DNA of 64,000 nt from an uncultured Marinobacter sp. (GCF_947259545.1 NZ_CAMYMK010000003.1:57469-121468); one strand, 5' to 3'; counted from the first letter of the stretch, positions 39,560-48,596 are shown. The notes: generated from the letters alone by a model not told the origin. Program-made: numbers and translations.

Positions 39560-40375
39560 TTATAATTCCGCCAGAGTCTGCAGCGCCAATTCCTGCCCCA
39601 CATCCCGCATGGACACGCGCTTCTCGCGTTTCTCGAAACCGTTATCCGTGGCAATCCAGCGGCGGTCTTCCTCGGTCTCCGGCGGCATGCCGTTGGAGCT
39701 GACCATGGTGCGGACCGAGCCGTCCTTGACGTTCAGAACGCGGATCTGGAAGTCATCGGAGGCCACTTCGCTGAGTACCAGCAGGTAATCCGCGTGCTGG
39801 TCCAGGGCGCGCATTTCCAGCCGCGCCTGGTCCGGTGACAGGCGTTCGAAGGTGCCATCCTCCAGGGCGTTGTCGGTAATGCGCATGATGGCATCGCGGT
39901 CGACAACTTTGACCCCGGCGCGGTTCAGCTGGGAGACAAAACCGCTTTGCAGGTCAAAGGCCGGTGCCGCCGGGCCAGAGCTTCGGCCCGAGCGGGTTTC
40001 GCTTTGCACGGCAGAGCGGGAGTCGCCGTCCAGATTCACATCGCCTTCGGGAACCTCGCCGCGCAGGCTGCCGGTGCTGGAAACCACCACTCGGCGACGG
40101 CTGGCCCAGTCGCTGACCTGATCATTGAACGTCCGATTCCAGAAAATCGCGATCCGGGGATCGGTTTGCCCCATGCCCTTCGAGAACCGGTCCAGAATGG
40201 CCTGGGCCGATTCAGAACGCTGCGATGCGTTAGCCTCGTTGACCAGGTCGTCTTCCGTCAGAGGCTTCTGGGGTTCTGCTTTCATGGGTGCGGCCGCGTG
40301 ATCGTTAGCAGAATGCACTGAAAGCGGGTACAGGCTGGCTACACAGGCGGCGGCGACAAAAAATCGTTTCATCAT
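39560..40375 (-). CDS. Exported protein with CsgG/TolB-N-like alpha/beta features
   Basis: Sec signal; RIAIFW, GVKVVDRDAI, ADYLLVL, IRVLNVKDG pattern resembling the CsgG/LpoB clan. Confidence 0.6.
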   Translation of the reverse strand: MMKRFFVAAACVASLYPLSVHSANDHAAAPMKAEPQKPLTEDDLVNEANASQRSESAQAILDRFSKGMGQTDPRIAIFWNRTFNDQVSDWASRRRVVVSSTGSLRGEVPEGDVNLDGDSRSAVQSETRSGRSSGPAAPAFDLQSGFVSQLNRAGVKVVDRDAIMRITDNALEDGTFERLSPDQARLEMRALDQHADYLLVLSEVASDDFQIRVLNVKDGSVRTMVSSNGMPPETEEDRRWIATDNGFEKREKRVSMRDVGQELALQTLAEL

Positions 40376-40818
40376 TCAAGCCCCCTGACTTCTACCCGGT
40401 ACTGTAGTGGCTGTGTTCCGGTTGAAAGTTCTTTGTAGGAGCTGACGCTGTTGGCCGGGATGGTGGAACGCTGCCAGGTGGGTCTGGCGTCCACCGGCAC
40501 GCCATCCTGATCGAAAAACTGGGTGCGGGCTTCGATCTGGTAGTCGTGGTCGGTGTGGTTACGCAGCACCGCGTAGACTTCCGTGGTTCCGGTTTCGGTG
40601 CGACGGCGTCCGTGATTGATAACGGACAGGCGATAGGTCTTGCCGCTGCCCATAATGCCGCCTCCCCAGGTCCGGCTCAGGTCGTAGTCGGTAAAGACCA
40701 CTGTGTTGTATTCAACCGGTGCGGTACGTTCCGTCAGTTTGGTGGAGTCACTGGGTATCGAGGAGCATCCTGCAACCAACAGCCCTGCCGCTGCGGTCAT
40801 AGCGATCAGTGTTCTCAT
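40372..40818 (-). CDS. YcfL/DUF1425-like lipoprotein
   Basis: Lipobox LVAG-C; LRNHTDHDYQIEARTQFFDQDG...PTWQ pattern. Confidence 0.75.
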   Translation of the reverse strand: MRTLIAMTAAAGLLVAGCSSIPSDSTKLTERTAPVEYNTVVFTDYDLSRTWGGGIMGSGKTYRLSVINHGRRRTETGTTEVYAVLRNHTDHDYQIEARTQFFDQDGVPVDARPTWQRSTIPANSVSSYKELSTGTQPLQYRVEVRGLE

Positions 40819-40819
40819 T

Positions 40820-42067
40820 TCAAAGGTCTCCTTTCCAGTCTAGGGGGCGGCGGGACGTGGCCAGTGCCAGTCCGCGGCCGCGGCCGTCAAAGTTGAATTC
40901 AGTGGTATGAGTCATGCCGGGAATCGGATTGCCGTTCTTGTCCAGAAAACGTACGGTGACTTTTTCGCCGGGTTCGGCCGTGATGGGCATGATGTGGAGC
41001 GTGTCCGGCAACGCTTCCCAGTAACGGATGTCCGCGCGCACATTGGCGGACGCCGACATACCCTGGGCGGCAACGCTGACCAGGCTGATGGCCGCAAAGC
41101 CAGCTCCAAGCACGCCCCCGGTTGCGGCACTGACACCGGCGAGCATGTTGTTCTGGCTCACCGAGCTGAGAGTGGTGCCGACATCACGGGTGGTTGATTT
41201 GTACTGGACCTGGCCTTCAACAATGCGATCAATGGCGCGACCGCCCCGGGTTGAGGCTTGAAAAAAGACGTCTTCCATGGGGTAAACCGTTTCCCAGCCT
41301 TTGTCTGTTTTCAGCTCCGCGCCCACATCCCGGAAGTTTTTGCCCCGGCGGTAAACCAGCTGGTAGTGGCCAACGCCATCGCCCAGCTTGCGGGGGGAGT
41401 TGCCGGTTTCGACGATCAGCAGTGCGTTGTGCTCTTCCGACGGAATGGGGGCGTCAGGCCGGAAGGCCTTCAGTTCCTCAAAATGCTGTTCAGCGAGTTT
41501 GTTGCTTTCCATCTGGGTAGCCGCCCAGCCGGCGAGATAGATCAGTGCCGCGAAATCCGCGCTGTTCTGTTCCTCCTCGGCGAAGGCATCCTGCAACAGG
41601 CCACTGATAAAGCTGGCCCGCGCGTTGCCATAGTCGCCCTCTTCCAGAAAGATCAGGCCCAGGTACAGGTACACCATTGAGCGTTCGTAGGGTTCGCCTT
41701 TGAAGTCCTTCTCGGCTTCCTCGTACCAGACGCTGCGAGCCTTGCGGGCGGCTTCATCGTCGGCGTAGATGCTTTCGATGCCGACTCTGGCCTGGTTCAG
41801 CGCTTTTTTTGCCTCGTCTCTGTAGCCTGCCCGGTAAGCTTTGAGGCCAATCTCCATCAGGTTAAGAACCTCGTTGCGACGGCCTTCCTGGTAAAGATTG
41901 CGAAAATCCTCCTGCACCACGGCGGGTTTGCTGGCCACAACCTGTTGCTGTCCGTCGGACAGGGTGGCGCGGTCGTAAGTTTTGGGCCCGGTTGCACAGC
42001 CGGCCAGCGTTGCGGCGAGCACCGCGCTGGTCAGCAGAGCCGGGCGGTGATTAACGGTAAACCACAT
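40820..42067 (-). CDS. TPR-containing lipoprotein (COG3014-like)
   Basis: Lipobox LAG-C; FKGEPYERSMVYLYLGLIFL..GDYGNARA; exact start uncertain (42067 or a nearby GTG). Confidence 0.75.
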   Translation of the reverse strand: MWFTVNHRPALLTSAVLAATLAGCATGPKTYDRATLSDGQQQVVASKPAVVQEDFRNLYQEGRRNEVLNLMEIGLKAYRAGYRDEAKKALNQARVGIESIYADDEAARKARSVWYEEAEKDFKGEPYERSMVYLYLGLIFLEEGDYGNARASFISGLLQDAFAEEEQNSADFAALIYLAGWAATQMESNKLAEQHFEELKAFRPDAPIPSEEHNALLIVETGNSPRKLGDGVGHYQLVYRRGKNFRDVGAELKTDKGWETVYPMEDVFFQASTRGGRAIDRIVEGQVQYKSTTRDVGTTLSSVSQNNMLAGVSAATGGVLGAGFAAISLVSVAAQGMSASANVRADIRYWEALPDTLHIMPITAEPGEKVTVRFLDKNGNPIPGMTHTTEFNFDGRGRGLALATSRRPLDWKGDL

Positions 42068-42692
42068 CGTCACGGGCCGCCTTGCGCATTTCGTAGAGTC
42101 CGCTCCAGACGATAGTGCCCAGCTCCAGGTCCACCATTTCAAAGGTGATCTGGCTGTAGCGGGACTGGGTGCCATCGCTGCGGTCCGCCGCGTCCAGGGA
42201 GGTGATGCGGCCCGCCATACGGTAGTCGGCGCCGGCCTGGGCCGCGGTTTCGCGAATGGTGCCGCCATCGACGGCGCCGTCACGTTTCAGGTCACGTTCC
42301 TTCTGGACCATGCCCGCGTATTCTCGGCCTACAAACACCATGCGGCCGTTGGCGGCGCGGTTCAGTTCAATTCGCAGGCGGTCAGTCAGCATGTTGGTGT
42401 TGACCACCGATGAGCTTTCATTACGCAGGTATTCGTTGTCGATGATGATGCGCGGCGGGACATCACGACCCGCCAGCATGGGGTTGGCCAGCATGTCCCG
42501 CATCATCTCGTCGGTAACGGCGACAATGTCCTGGCTTTCAATACCAACGCCGCCGACCTTGCCGGTGGTGGAGGCATCTTCATACACCGTCGCCTCGCCA
42601 CGGGTGTTATCTATATTGCTGGCGCAACCCGCCGTCAGGGAAACCGACAATGCCAGGCCCGCTGCCTTGGCAAATGGGGAGATGGATCGCAT
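42051..42692 (-). CDS. LpoB-family (penicillin-binding protein activator-like) lipoprotein
   Basis: Lipobox TAG-C; NESSSVVNTNMLTD, GADYRMAGRI, VDLELGTIVWS. Confidence 0.8.
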   Translation of the reverse strand: MRSISPFAKAAGLALSVSLTAGCASNIDNTRGEATVYEDASTTGKVGGVGIESQDIVAVTDEMMRDMLANPMLAGRDVPPRIIIDNEYLRNESSSVVNTNMLTDRLRIELNRAANGRMVFVGREYAGMVQKERDLKRDGAVDGGTIRETAAQAGADYRMAGRITSLDAADRSDGTQSRYSQITFEMVDLELGTIVWSGLYEMRKAARDDVVYR

Positions 42693-42721
42693 AAATTAAC
42701 TCCGGTCAGATGAATCAGGGA

Positions 42722-42747
42722 ACCGGCGGAGCAGGAGCTCCGCCGGT
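42722..42747 (-). other. GC-rich intra-operon hairpin without U-tract
   Basis: ACCGGCGGAGC-AGGA-GCTCCGCCGGT just after the stop of the first operon gene. Confidence 0.7.
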
Positions 42748-42752
42748 GTTAA

Positions 42753-44108
42753 TCAGTAGGCAGTTGCCAGGGCGCCCTCGAGTTCCGGGTATACCTGCAG
42801 GGTCACTTGCATGGCGTCGCCATAAGTCGGCTCCCGACCGTATTTCTGCGTCAGGTACACGGCCATGTCCCGCAGGGAGTCAAAACTCATGTCAGAAGAC
42901 TCGCGGATGGTTTCCCAGCCGCCGGAAGCGGAAATGGCAGCTTCGCGACCGGCGTCCTTACCCATCTGGGAGCCGATCATGCCGCCTATCAGCCCGGCAA
43001 ACGGGACCGAGTCCAGTACCTGATTAGCGACCATGCTGCCGGCAGCCGCACCAACACCGGAGCCAACGGTACTGCCCATGCTGGCGTTGGTGCCGATATT
43101 CACCCATTCAGCCAGAACCCCATCGGAGGTGTACGGGCTCATATATTCACCCTGATTGTCGCGGCGCACCATTTTGGTCAGCAGGTCATCGGGCATTGGT
43201 TTAGCGGCGATAGCGGGCATGGTCATGCCGGAGCAGGCGCCGTCATCCACCATTTCGCCATACTGGAAACAGGTTCTGCGTTGGCCCTCGGGGAGCAGGT
43301 AGTTGGTCATCCAGCCGTGAGTGACATCATTTAGCATGCTTGTTGAGCTTGTGAGCCGGCTGCCCATGTAGCTGTCGACCCGGGCTTGCGGTCCCATGGC
43401 GGTTTGCTGGTTCCTGCGAACCAGGGTCGTCGTGGTGTTGGCTGCCGGGTTGGCGGTCAGGATAAGGTGGGTATCGGATTCGACGCCTTCCTTAAAGACG
43501 CCGGAGGTTGCTGTCAGGGTCTGGATGTTCACCGTCTGACCGTTATAGGAATTGGCCGAATTCTGGCGAGTCAGGAAACGCGCTTCACCCTCAAGTTCTC
43601 CGCTGTTGGCAGTGGCTTCAGTACGCACCTTTGCTTTGCTTGTCGAACTGCTGGCATCGGTGGTGACGGTCTGGGTGTAACTGCCAACGCCAACGAACGG
43701 TCCCTCAGGCATGCCATTGACGCACTCGCCCTCGAGAAGTTTTACAGACTCAATACGGGTGTCTTGTTCCATCTCAAACTGGACGCCGTGGCGGGCCTGT
43801 ATGGCTTTGATTTCGGCCTCGGATTTACCATGTGTCACCATCCATTGCCCGGCGGTGCTCAGTTCGCAATCAATGGCGCCAGTAGTATCAAAGTAACTGT
43901 CCGGAGACGCCCGGAACTGCTGAAAGCTGGTGCGCAGTTCGCTGTGTCGTTGCTGCAGTTCCTCATCGGTGAACTGAGGTGACGACTGCAGTTCCGCCTG
44001 ACTGACGGTTGCCATGGTCCCGCCCAAATAAGCCGGATTAGTCGCCAGACAGCCAGTGAGAGTGGTTGAAAGTATGAAAATACCGAGTAGTGAATTCTTC
44101 TTGGTCAT
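42753..44108 (-). CDS. Lipoprotein with beta-rich N-terminus and conserved SPYTSDGV C-terminal domain (paralog C)
   Basis: Start MTKKNSLLG; lipobox LTG-C; YMSPYTSDGVLAEWV...ASGGWETIRESSDMSF. Confidence 0.85.
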   Translation of the reverse strand: MTKKNSLLGIFILSTTLTGCLATNPAYLGGTMATVSQAELQSSPQFTDEELQQRHSELRTSFQQFRASPDSYFDTTGAIDCELSTAGQWMVTHGKSEAEIKAIQARHGVQFEMEQDTRIESVKLLEGECVNGMPEGPFVGVGSYTQTVTTDASSSTSKAKVRTEATANSGELEGEARFLTRQNSANSYNGQTVNIQTLTATSGVFKEGVESDTHLILTANPAANTTTTLVRRNQQTAMGPQARVDSYMGSRLTSSTSMLNDVTHGWMTNYLLPEGQRRTCFQYGEMVDDGACSGMTMPAIAAKPMPDDLLTKMVRRDNQGEYMSPYTSDGVLAEWVNIGTNASMGSTVGSGVGAAAGSMVANQVLDSVPFAGLIGGMIGSQMGKDAGREAAISASGGWETIRESSDMSFDSLRDMAVYLTQKYGREPTYGDAMQVTLQVYPELEGALATAY

Positions 44109-44388
44109 CGTTCCGTCCGCTGTGCTGCTGTTTATTCCGAGCGCGTCAAATTTCATGACGAGGTTCTCTTGTGGCATTACAGATACGTATGAATAGCGGT
44201 TACCGAATCCCCTAAATAGGGTATATGACCGGCTTGGCCTTAGAGGGCAGGAGGTTTACTTTCTGAATTTGATGGAGTTTTCTGAATTGGCGAAAAGGGA
44301 AAAGTGTGTGCTTAAGTGTCAAGCTTTGTAAAATCTGGGTGTGGCTGATGTTTGTCGCGAGGAAATGGGATAGGTGGGGCCGAAGTGA

Positions 44389-44592
44389 TCAGTCCTGATC
44401 GTCTTCTTCGACCTCGTCGGGGTGCTCCTGTTTGTAACGCTCCCACTCTTCCCAGTCGTGGGGCGTGCCAGCGTGGGGGCGCTTCAGGTGTTTTGCGTGC
44501 TCCATAGCGTTATGGCGCAAGCTGTGGTCCCGCTCCTCTTCGTCCGTGTCGAAACCGTATTTCTTGAGGAACTCGTCAGGACTGATGGGCAT
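44389..44592 (-). CDS. Small acidic His-containing hypothetical protein
   Basis: 67 aa; AGGAGG RBS upstream of ATG. Confidence 0.7.
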   Translation of the reverse strand: MPISPDEFLKKYGFDTDEEERDHSLRHNAMEHAKHLKRPHAGTPHDWEEWERYKQEHPDEVEEDDQD

Positions 44593-44652
44593 GGCGCACC
44601 TCCTTTTTAAGGTATTGCCTAGTTAATACGGTGCGCCTGTGCCTTTGGTTTT

Positions 44653-46638
44653 TCAACCCTTCTGTGGTTCGTCTGGCTTGATGATTTCTTCGGCGTCCAC
44701 CAGCCTGAAATTGATCTGCTTTCGTTCCTCGTCCACGTCCGCGAAAGTCACGGTGACCGGCTGCTCCAGCTGGAAAATGCGGCCGTTCTTGTTGTGGATA
44801 AGGCGCAGGGTGACCGGATCAAAGCTGAACTTGCCTTCAAGCGTGCGGCAGCTGACAAAGCCTTCCAGGCCGTTGGCGTCCAGGCGGACAAAGAATCCGG
44901 CGGGCACGGTGCGGCTGATGACGCCGGGCATGGGGTCAGCCCCGAGCGTCTTGGCGAAATCGCTCTTGAGCCAGCTTTCCAGACTGTTCGCGGCCTGACG
45001 TGCCCGGATCTGGGTGGCCTGCAGCTCCGCCAATTGTTCTTCGGTCAGGTCACTCATGGGCTCCTGCCACAGAATCGACTTGATCAGTCGATGCACATGG
45101 AAGTCGCTGTACTTACGAAGGGGTGAGGTGAACGTGGTGTAAGCCGGCAGCCCCATGCCCTGGTGAGCCGCTGCTTCGAACGCCAGTTCCGCCCGTGCCA
45201 GCTGGCGAGAGATGATGGCCTTGACCGGGACCTCGGCGTCCAGTTGTTCCGAGCGTTTCATCAGATCACGGAAGCCCTCGGCGGAGGCCGCATCGACACT
45301 GGCCAGCTCCGGAGCATAGCTTTCGAGCAGGGACCGGATATTGTCTGCTCGGTCGCCACGCAGGCCGGGGTGCTGGATAAACAGGCCCCTGGACTGCTGG
45401 CTGAGGAAATCCGCGGCACAGCGGTTGGCGGCCACCATGCATTCTTCCACCAGCCGATGGGCTTCGTTCTGTACCGAGGGTTCGATCAGTCGTACCCGTT
45501 TGTTCTCGTCCAGGCGCAGGCGGAATTCGGGGCGGTCCGCACTCAGCAGCGCGTGCTCGCCGCGCCATTTGCGCAGGGCGGTAGCAGTCTGGTGTAGCTG
45601 ATCGAGGCTGTTGGCAACCGCGTCGGGCAGAGCTTTGATGTCGTCGTCCTCGCGGCCTTCGATCAGGTTGGATACCAGCTCGTAGCTGAGCTTGCCCTTG
45701 GACTGGATCACCGCCTTGTGGAAACTGTAGTCGCCCAGGCTGCCATCGTTGTTAACCTGCAGGTCGCAGACCAGCGCCAGGCGCTTGACGTCGGGCATCA
45801 GTGAACACAGCCGGGTGCTGAGGCTGTCCGGCAACATCGGCAGGGGCTCACCGGGGAAATAGATCGCCGTGGCCCGGTTGAACGCTTCGGCTTCGGCAGC
45901 ACTGCCCGGTTCGATCACCGCGGTGGGATCGGCAATGGCGATGGACAGTTTCCAGCCGGTGGCATTGGGCTCGGCCAGCAGCGAGTCATCCATATCCTGG
46001 GTACCCGGGCTGTCAATGGTGACATACGGCTGTGAGGTGCGATCCTCACGATCACCGGACTGAGCTTCCACGGTGCCTTCGTCCAGGGCGTCAGCCTGTT
46101 TTTTTACCGCTTCCGGCCAGGTGTCCAGCAGGTCAAAAGTGGCCAGGGTAAAGGACCGTTCAATGCCCGGTTCCCCGGCCTTGCCAAGGACCTTCAGGAT
46201 TTTGGCCTGACCCTTGCCATCCTTGAACGGGTGTTTGTGGATGCGGCAGTAGATGAAGTCATCCTGCTCGGCATTCATCCGCTCTTTCGGTGGAATGAAA
46301 ATCCAGCGGTTGATGCCCGGGGTTTCCGGCACCACAAAGTGCCCTTTGCCCTTGATCAGATAGCGCCCGACGAACGTGGTCAGGTTGCTTTCCAGCAACT
46401 CATCCACCACACCCTGGAGTTTGCCCTTGTCCCCTTCCTGTTCGGTGATATTGACGCGGTCACCGGGCAGCACCTTCTGCATTTCCTCCGGTGGCAGGAA
46501 GACATCCCGGCCCTCGTCAAGCGCGACGAACCCGAAACGACCGTTAGTGGCTTTGACGGTGCCGGGGAAGACCACCTTGTTTTCTTCGATGTCAGTTTTC
46601 AGCTGGCGCAACTGGCTGAGAGCGTCGGCATTGAGCAT
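44653..46638 (-). CDS. RNase II/R (RNB) family 3'-5' exoribonuclease
   Basis: CSD-like RFGFV, TIDSPGTQDMDD, IADPT, HRLVEECMVAAN, TFTSPLRKYSDFHVHR, C-terminal S1. Confidence 0.92.
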   Translation of the reverse strand: MLNADALSQLRQLKTDIEENKVVFPGTVKATNGRFGFVALDEGRDVFLPPEEMQKVLPGDRVNITEQEGDKGKLQGVVDELLESNLTTFVGRYLIKGKGHFVVPETPGINRWIFIPPKERMNAEQDDFIYCRIHKHPFKDGKGQAKILKVLGKAGEPGIERSFTLATFDLLDTWPEAVKKQADALDEGTVEAQSGDREDRTSQPYVTIDSPGTQDMDDSLLAEPNATGWKLSIAIADPTAVIEPGSAAEAEAFNRATAIYFPGEPLPMLPDSLSTRLCSLMPDVKRLALVCDLQVNNDGSLGDYSFHKAVIQSKGKLSYELVSNLIEGREDDDIKALPDAVANSLDQLHQTATALRKWRGEHALLSADRPEFRLRLDENKRVRLIEPSVQNEAHRLVEECMVAANRCAADFLSQQSRGLFIQHPGLRGDRADNIRSLLESYAPELASVDAASAEGFRDLMKRSEQLDAEVPVKAIISRQLARAELAFEAAAHQGMGLPAYTTFTSPLRKYSDFHVHRLIKSILWQEPMSDLTEEQLAELQATQIRARQAANSLESWLKSDFAKTLGADPMPGVISRTVPAGFFVRLDANGLEGFVSCRTLEGKFSFDPVTLRLIHNKNGRIFQLEQPVTVTFADVDEERKQINFRLVDAEEIIKPDEPQKG

Positions 46639-46722
46639 GAACGGGACCTGGCTGGTAAAAATGAATGATGGGGCGGAGTATAACGGTTCTCGGTCCACGC
46701 GTCAGATAGCAGACTTCCGATA

Positions 46723-47397
46723 CTAGATCTCTGCCCAGAATCGCTGAAGGTTGGCAAGTGACTTGGTGAGCAGGTCGAATTCTGTGGACTTGCCCTCGCG
46801 CTCGAAAAGCTGGCGCCGGGCGGTATCAAGGTCAAACAGCACTTCCCTCTGGGCAGGATCCCGAATGGTGCTCTGAATCCAGCCAATGGCGACGCGGCGC
46901 TGACCTCGGGTTACCGGCTCAACCCGATGCAGGGTCGAGGAAGGGTAAATCACTACTGAGCCCGCGGGCAGTTTGTAGGACTGTTCGCCGGCAGTGGTGT
47001 CGGTCACCAGTTCGCCGCCATCGTAGCTGTCGGGATCGTCCAGAAACAGGGTAAAGGAGATATCGGTCCGTAGCCGTCCTGGCCCACGGCCCATCACCGG
47101 ATCGTCGACATGGTTACCGTAGGTCATGCCATCCCGATAGCGACTGAACAGGATGGAGGTCATCTTCGCGGGTCTCACCGCCATCTGGAAGACGGGATGC
47201 CCGGTCAGGGCATTTTCCACCTCGGTGCGAATCGATTGGCCGGCTTTGTCAGTGACCTGCATCTGTTCATTGTTCTTTACCAGGCGGGCATGCCAGCCTG
47301 CAGTGCTGCGCCCGTCCTCAAACTGGCCGCTATCCAGTGCGGAGCGGACGCGCTCCAGCTGGTTTCGGTTCAATACCTCACCAATGCAAAGAATCAT
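46723..47397 (-). CDS. PKHD-type Fe(II)/2-oxoglutarate dioxygenase, PiuC/YbiX family
   Basis: DGRSTAG, VKNNEQ, FSRY, YGNHVD, RTDISFTLFL, YDGGEL, YPSSTLHRVEPVTRGQR. Confidence 0.93.
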   Translation of the reverse strand: MILCIGEVLNRNQLERVRSALDSGQFEDGRSTAGWHARLVKNNEQMQVTDKAGQSIRTEVENALTGHPVFQMAVRPAKMTSILFSRYRDGMTYGNHVDDPVMGRGPGRLRTDISFTLFLDDPDSYDGGELVTDTTAGEQSYKLPAGSVVIYPSSTLHRVEPVTRGQRRVAIGWIQSTIRDPAQREVLFDLDTARRQLFEREGKSTEFDLLTKSLANLQRFWAEI

Positions 47398-47536
47398 GGT
47401 GTCTCCAATCGGTAATACGACTAATTTGCAATTACAGTCTTAATTGGAACATCATGCATCACCATGGAATAACCATCAATCTTCCCGGCATGGATGTGTT
47501 CCAGCCGGTGGTCTTTTGTTGTTTAAGGAGAGCTCG

Positions 47537-48586
47537 ATGAACAATCAGAAACTGAAGCTGTGGACTGGTATCGGTATGGCAACGTTGCTGGCCAGTTCCG
47601 GCGCCGTGGCCGATGATCATAAAAGCGGCCATCACGACGACATGATGACGTCCGGCTCCCATGGCGGAGAGGGAGGAGAACACCATGGTGGTGAAGGTGG
47701 AGAACGCCACGGTGGAGAGGGCGGTGAGCACCACGGAGGCGAAGGCGGAGAAAATCACGGTGGTGAAGGCGGCGAACAGCACGGTGGTGAAGGTGGTGAA
47801 CACCATGGCGGCGAAGGCGGTGAGCAGCATGGAGGAGAGGCTGGCGCCGCTTTTAGTTACTTCGCTGCTGGCGGCGAAGGTGGTGAAGGCGGAGAAGGCG
47901 GAGAAGGCGGCGAAGGCGGCGAAGCGGGTGGTTCCGTGTCAGCGGTTGAGTCCGACGGCGCCTATGTCGCGATGCTTAAGATGATGCAGGGGCATCTGAT
48001 GGCGGCGCGGGAGTTGATCAAGTCAGGCGAGGTCGCCGAGGGCCGGCCGCATCTGACCCATCCCTGGATTGAGGTTTACCCCATGGCCGAAGCGGGACTG
48101 AAACACCGCGGCCAGAAAGAGCTGGGCGGTCGCCTGCAGACCCTGGCGGAAAAAGCGGGGCAGGTTGAGAACTGGGGCGACATCAACCAGGAGTTTCAGG
48201 CGGCCTGGGTCGCGGCCGAGGAAGCATTGAACTCAGTCGGTGGTGGTGAGCCGAGCGCTGCAACCGTCTCAAAGGTTGCGTTGTCGCTCACCAAGCAGGC
48301 GGTGCTGGAGTATGACGAGGCACTCGACGGTGAGCAGTTTGTAGCGGTTCACGAATACCAGGACGGCCGTGGCTTCGTGCTTTCAGCCCGTGATTATCTG
48401 GATCGCCATAAGGCTGTTCTGAAGAAACAGAATAAGGAAGCCTGGCGTGACGTAGGCAAAGCCCTGGATGAATTGCAGAAGGCCTGGCCGACAGCGGTCC
48501 CACCGGAGCAGCCAGTGATTCCGGTCGCTGATCTGTACTCTGCCCAGGCGAGGCTGGAGCTTGCGTTGGCTCCTTACCTCTACTGA
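47537..48586 (+). CDS. Secreted His/Gly/Glu-repeat protein with helical C-terminal domain
   Basis: AAGGAG RBS; signal peptide; (HGGEGGEx) repeats; GHL...HPWIEVY and HEYQDGRGF motifs. Confidence 0.85.
   Translation: MNNQKLKLWTGIGMATLLASSGAVADDHKSGHHDDMMTSGSHGGEGGEHHGGEGGERHGGEGGEHHGGEGGENHGGEGGEQHGGEGGEHHGGEGGEQHGGEAGAAFSYFAAGGEGGEGGEGGEGGEGGEAGGSVSAVESDGAYVAMLKMMQGHLMAARELIKSGEVAEGRPHLTHPWIEVYPMAEAGLKHRGQKELGGRLQTLAEKAGQVENWGDINQEFQAAWVAAEEALNSVGGGEPSAATVSKVALSLTKQAVLEYDEALDGEQFVAVHEYQDGRGFVLSARDYLDRHKAVLKKQNKEAWRDVGKALDELQKAWPTAVPPEQPVIPVADLYSAQARLELALAPYLY
47660..47932 (+). repeat. Coding tandem repeats: 24-bp unit x about 8 (HGGEGGEx), then 9-bp unit (GGE) x about 6
   Basis: Units start at 47660 with 24-bp period to 47828; second tract at 47870-47932. 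Confidence 0.92.
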
Positions 48587-48596
48587 TCCTGATACG

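Noticed and set aside
42051-42692. Calling this gene lpoB proper
   Set aside because: It lacks the long disordered linker and the hinT/thiK/nagZ or mrcB context; left as LpoB-family without a symbol
30827-44108. Prophage or integrative element explaining the more A/T-rich segments
   Set aside because: No integrase, transposase, phage gene, tRNA target or flanking direct repeats were found
47405-47450. Fur box between the PiuC-like gene and the HGGE protein
   Set aside because: AT-rich and partly dyadic but a poor match to GATAATGATAATCATTATC; mentioned only as weak context
47660-47932. 24-bp tandem repeat as a CRISPR or phase-variation locus
   Set aside because: In-frame coding repeat with synonymous variation and no spacers; unit lengths are multiples of three
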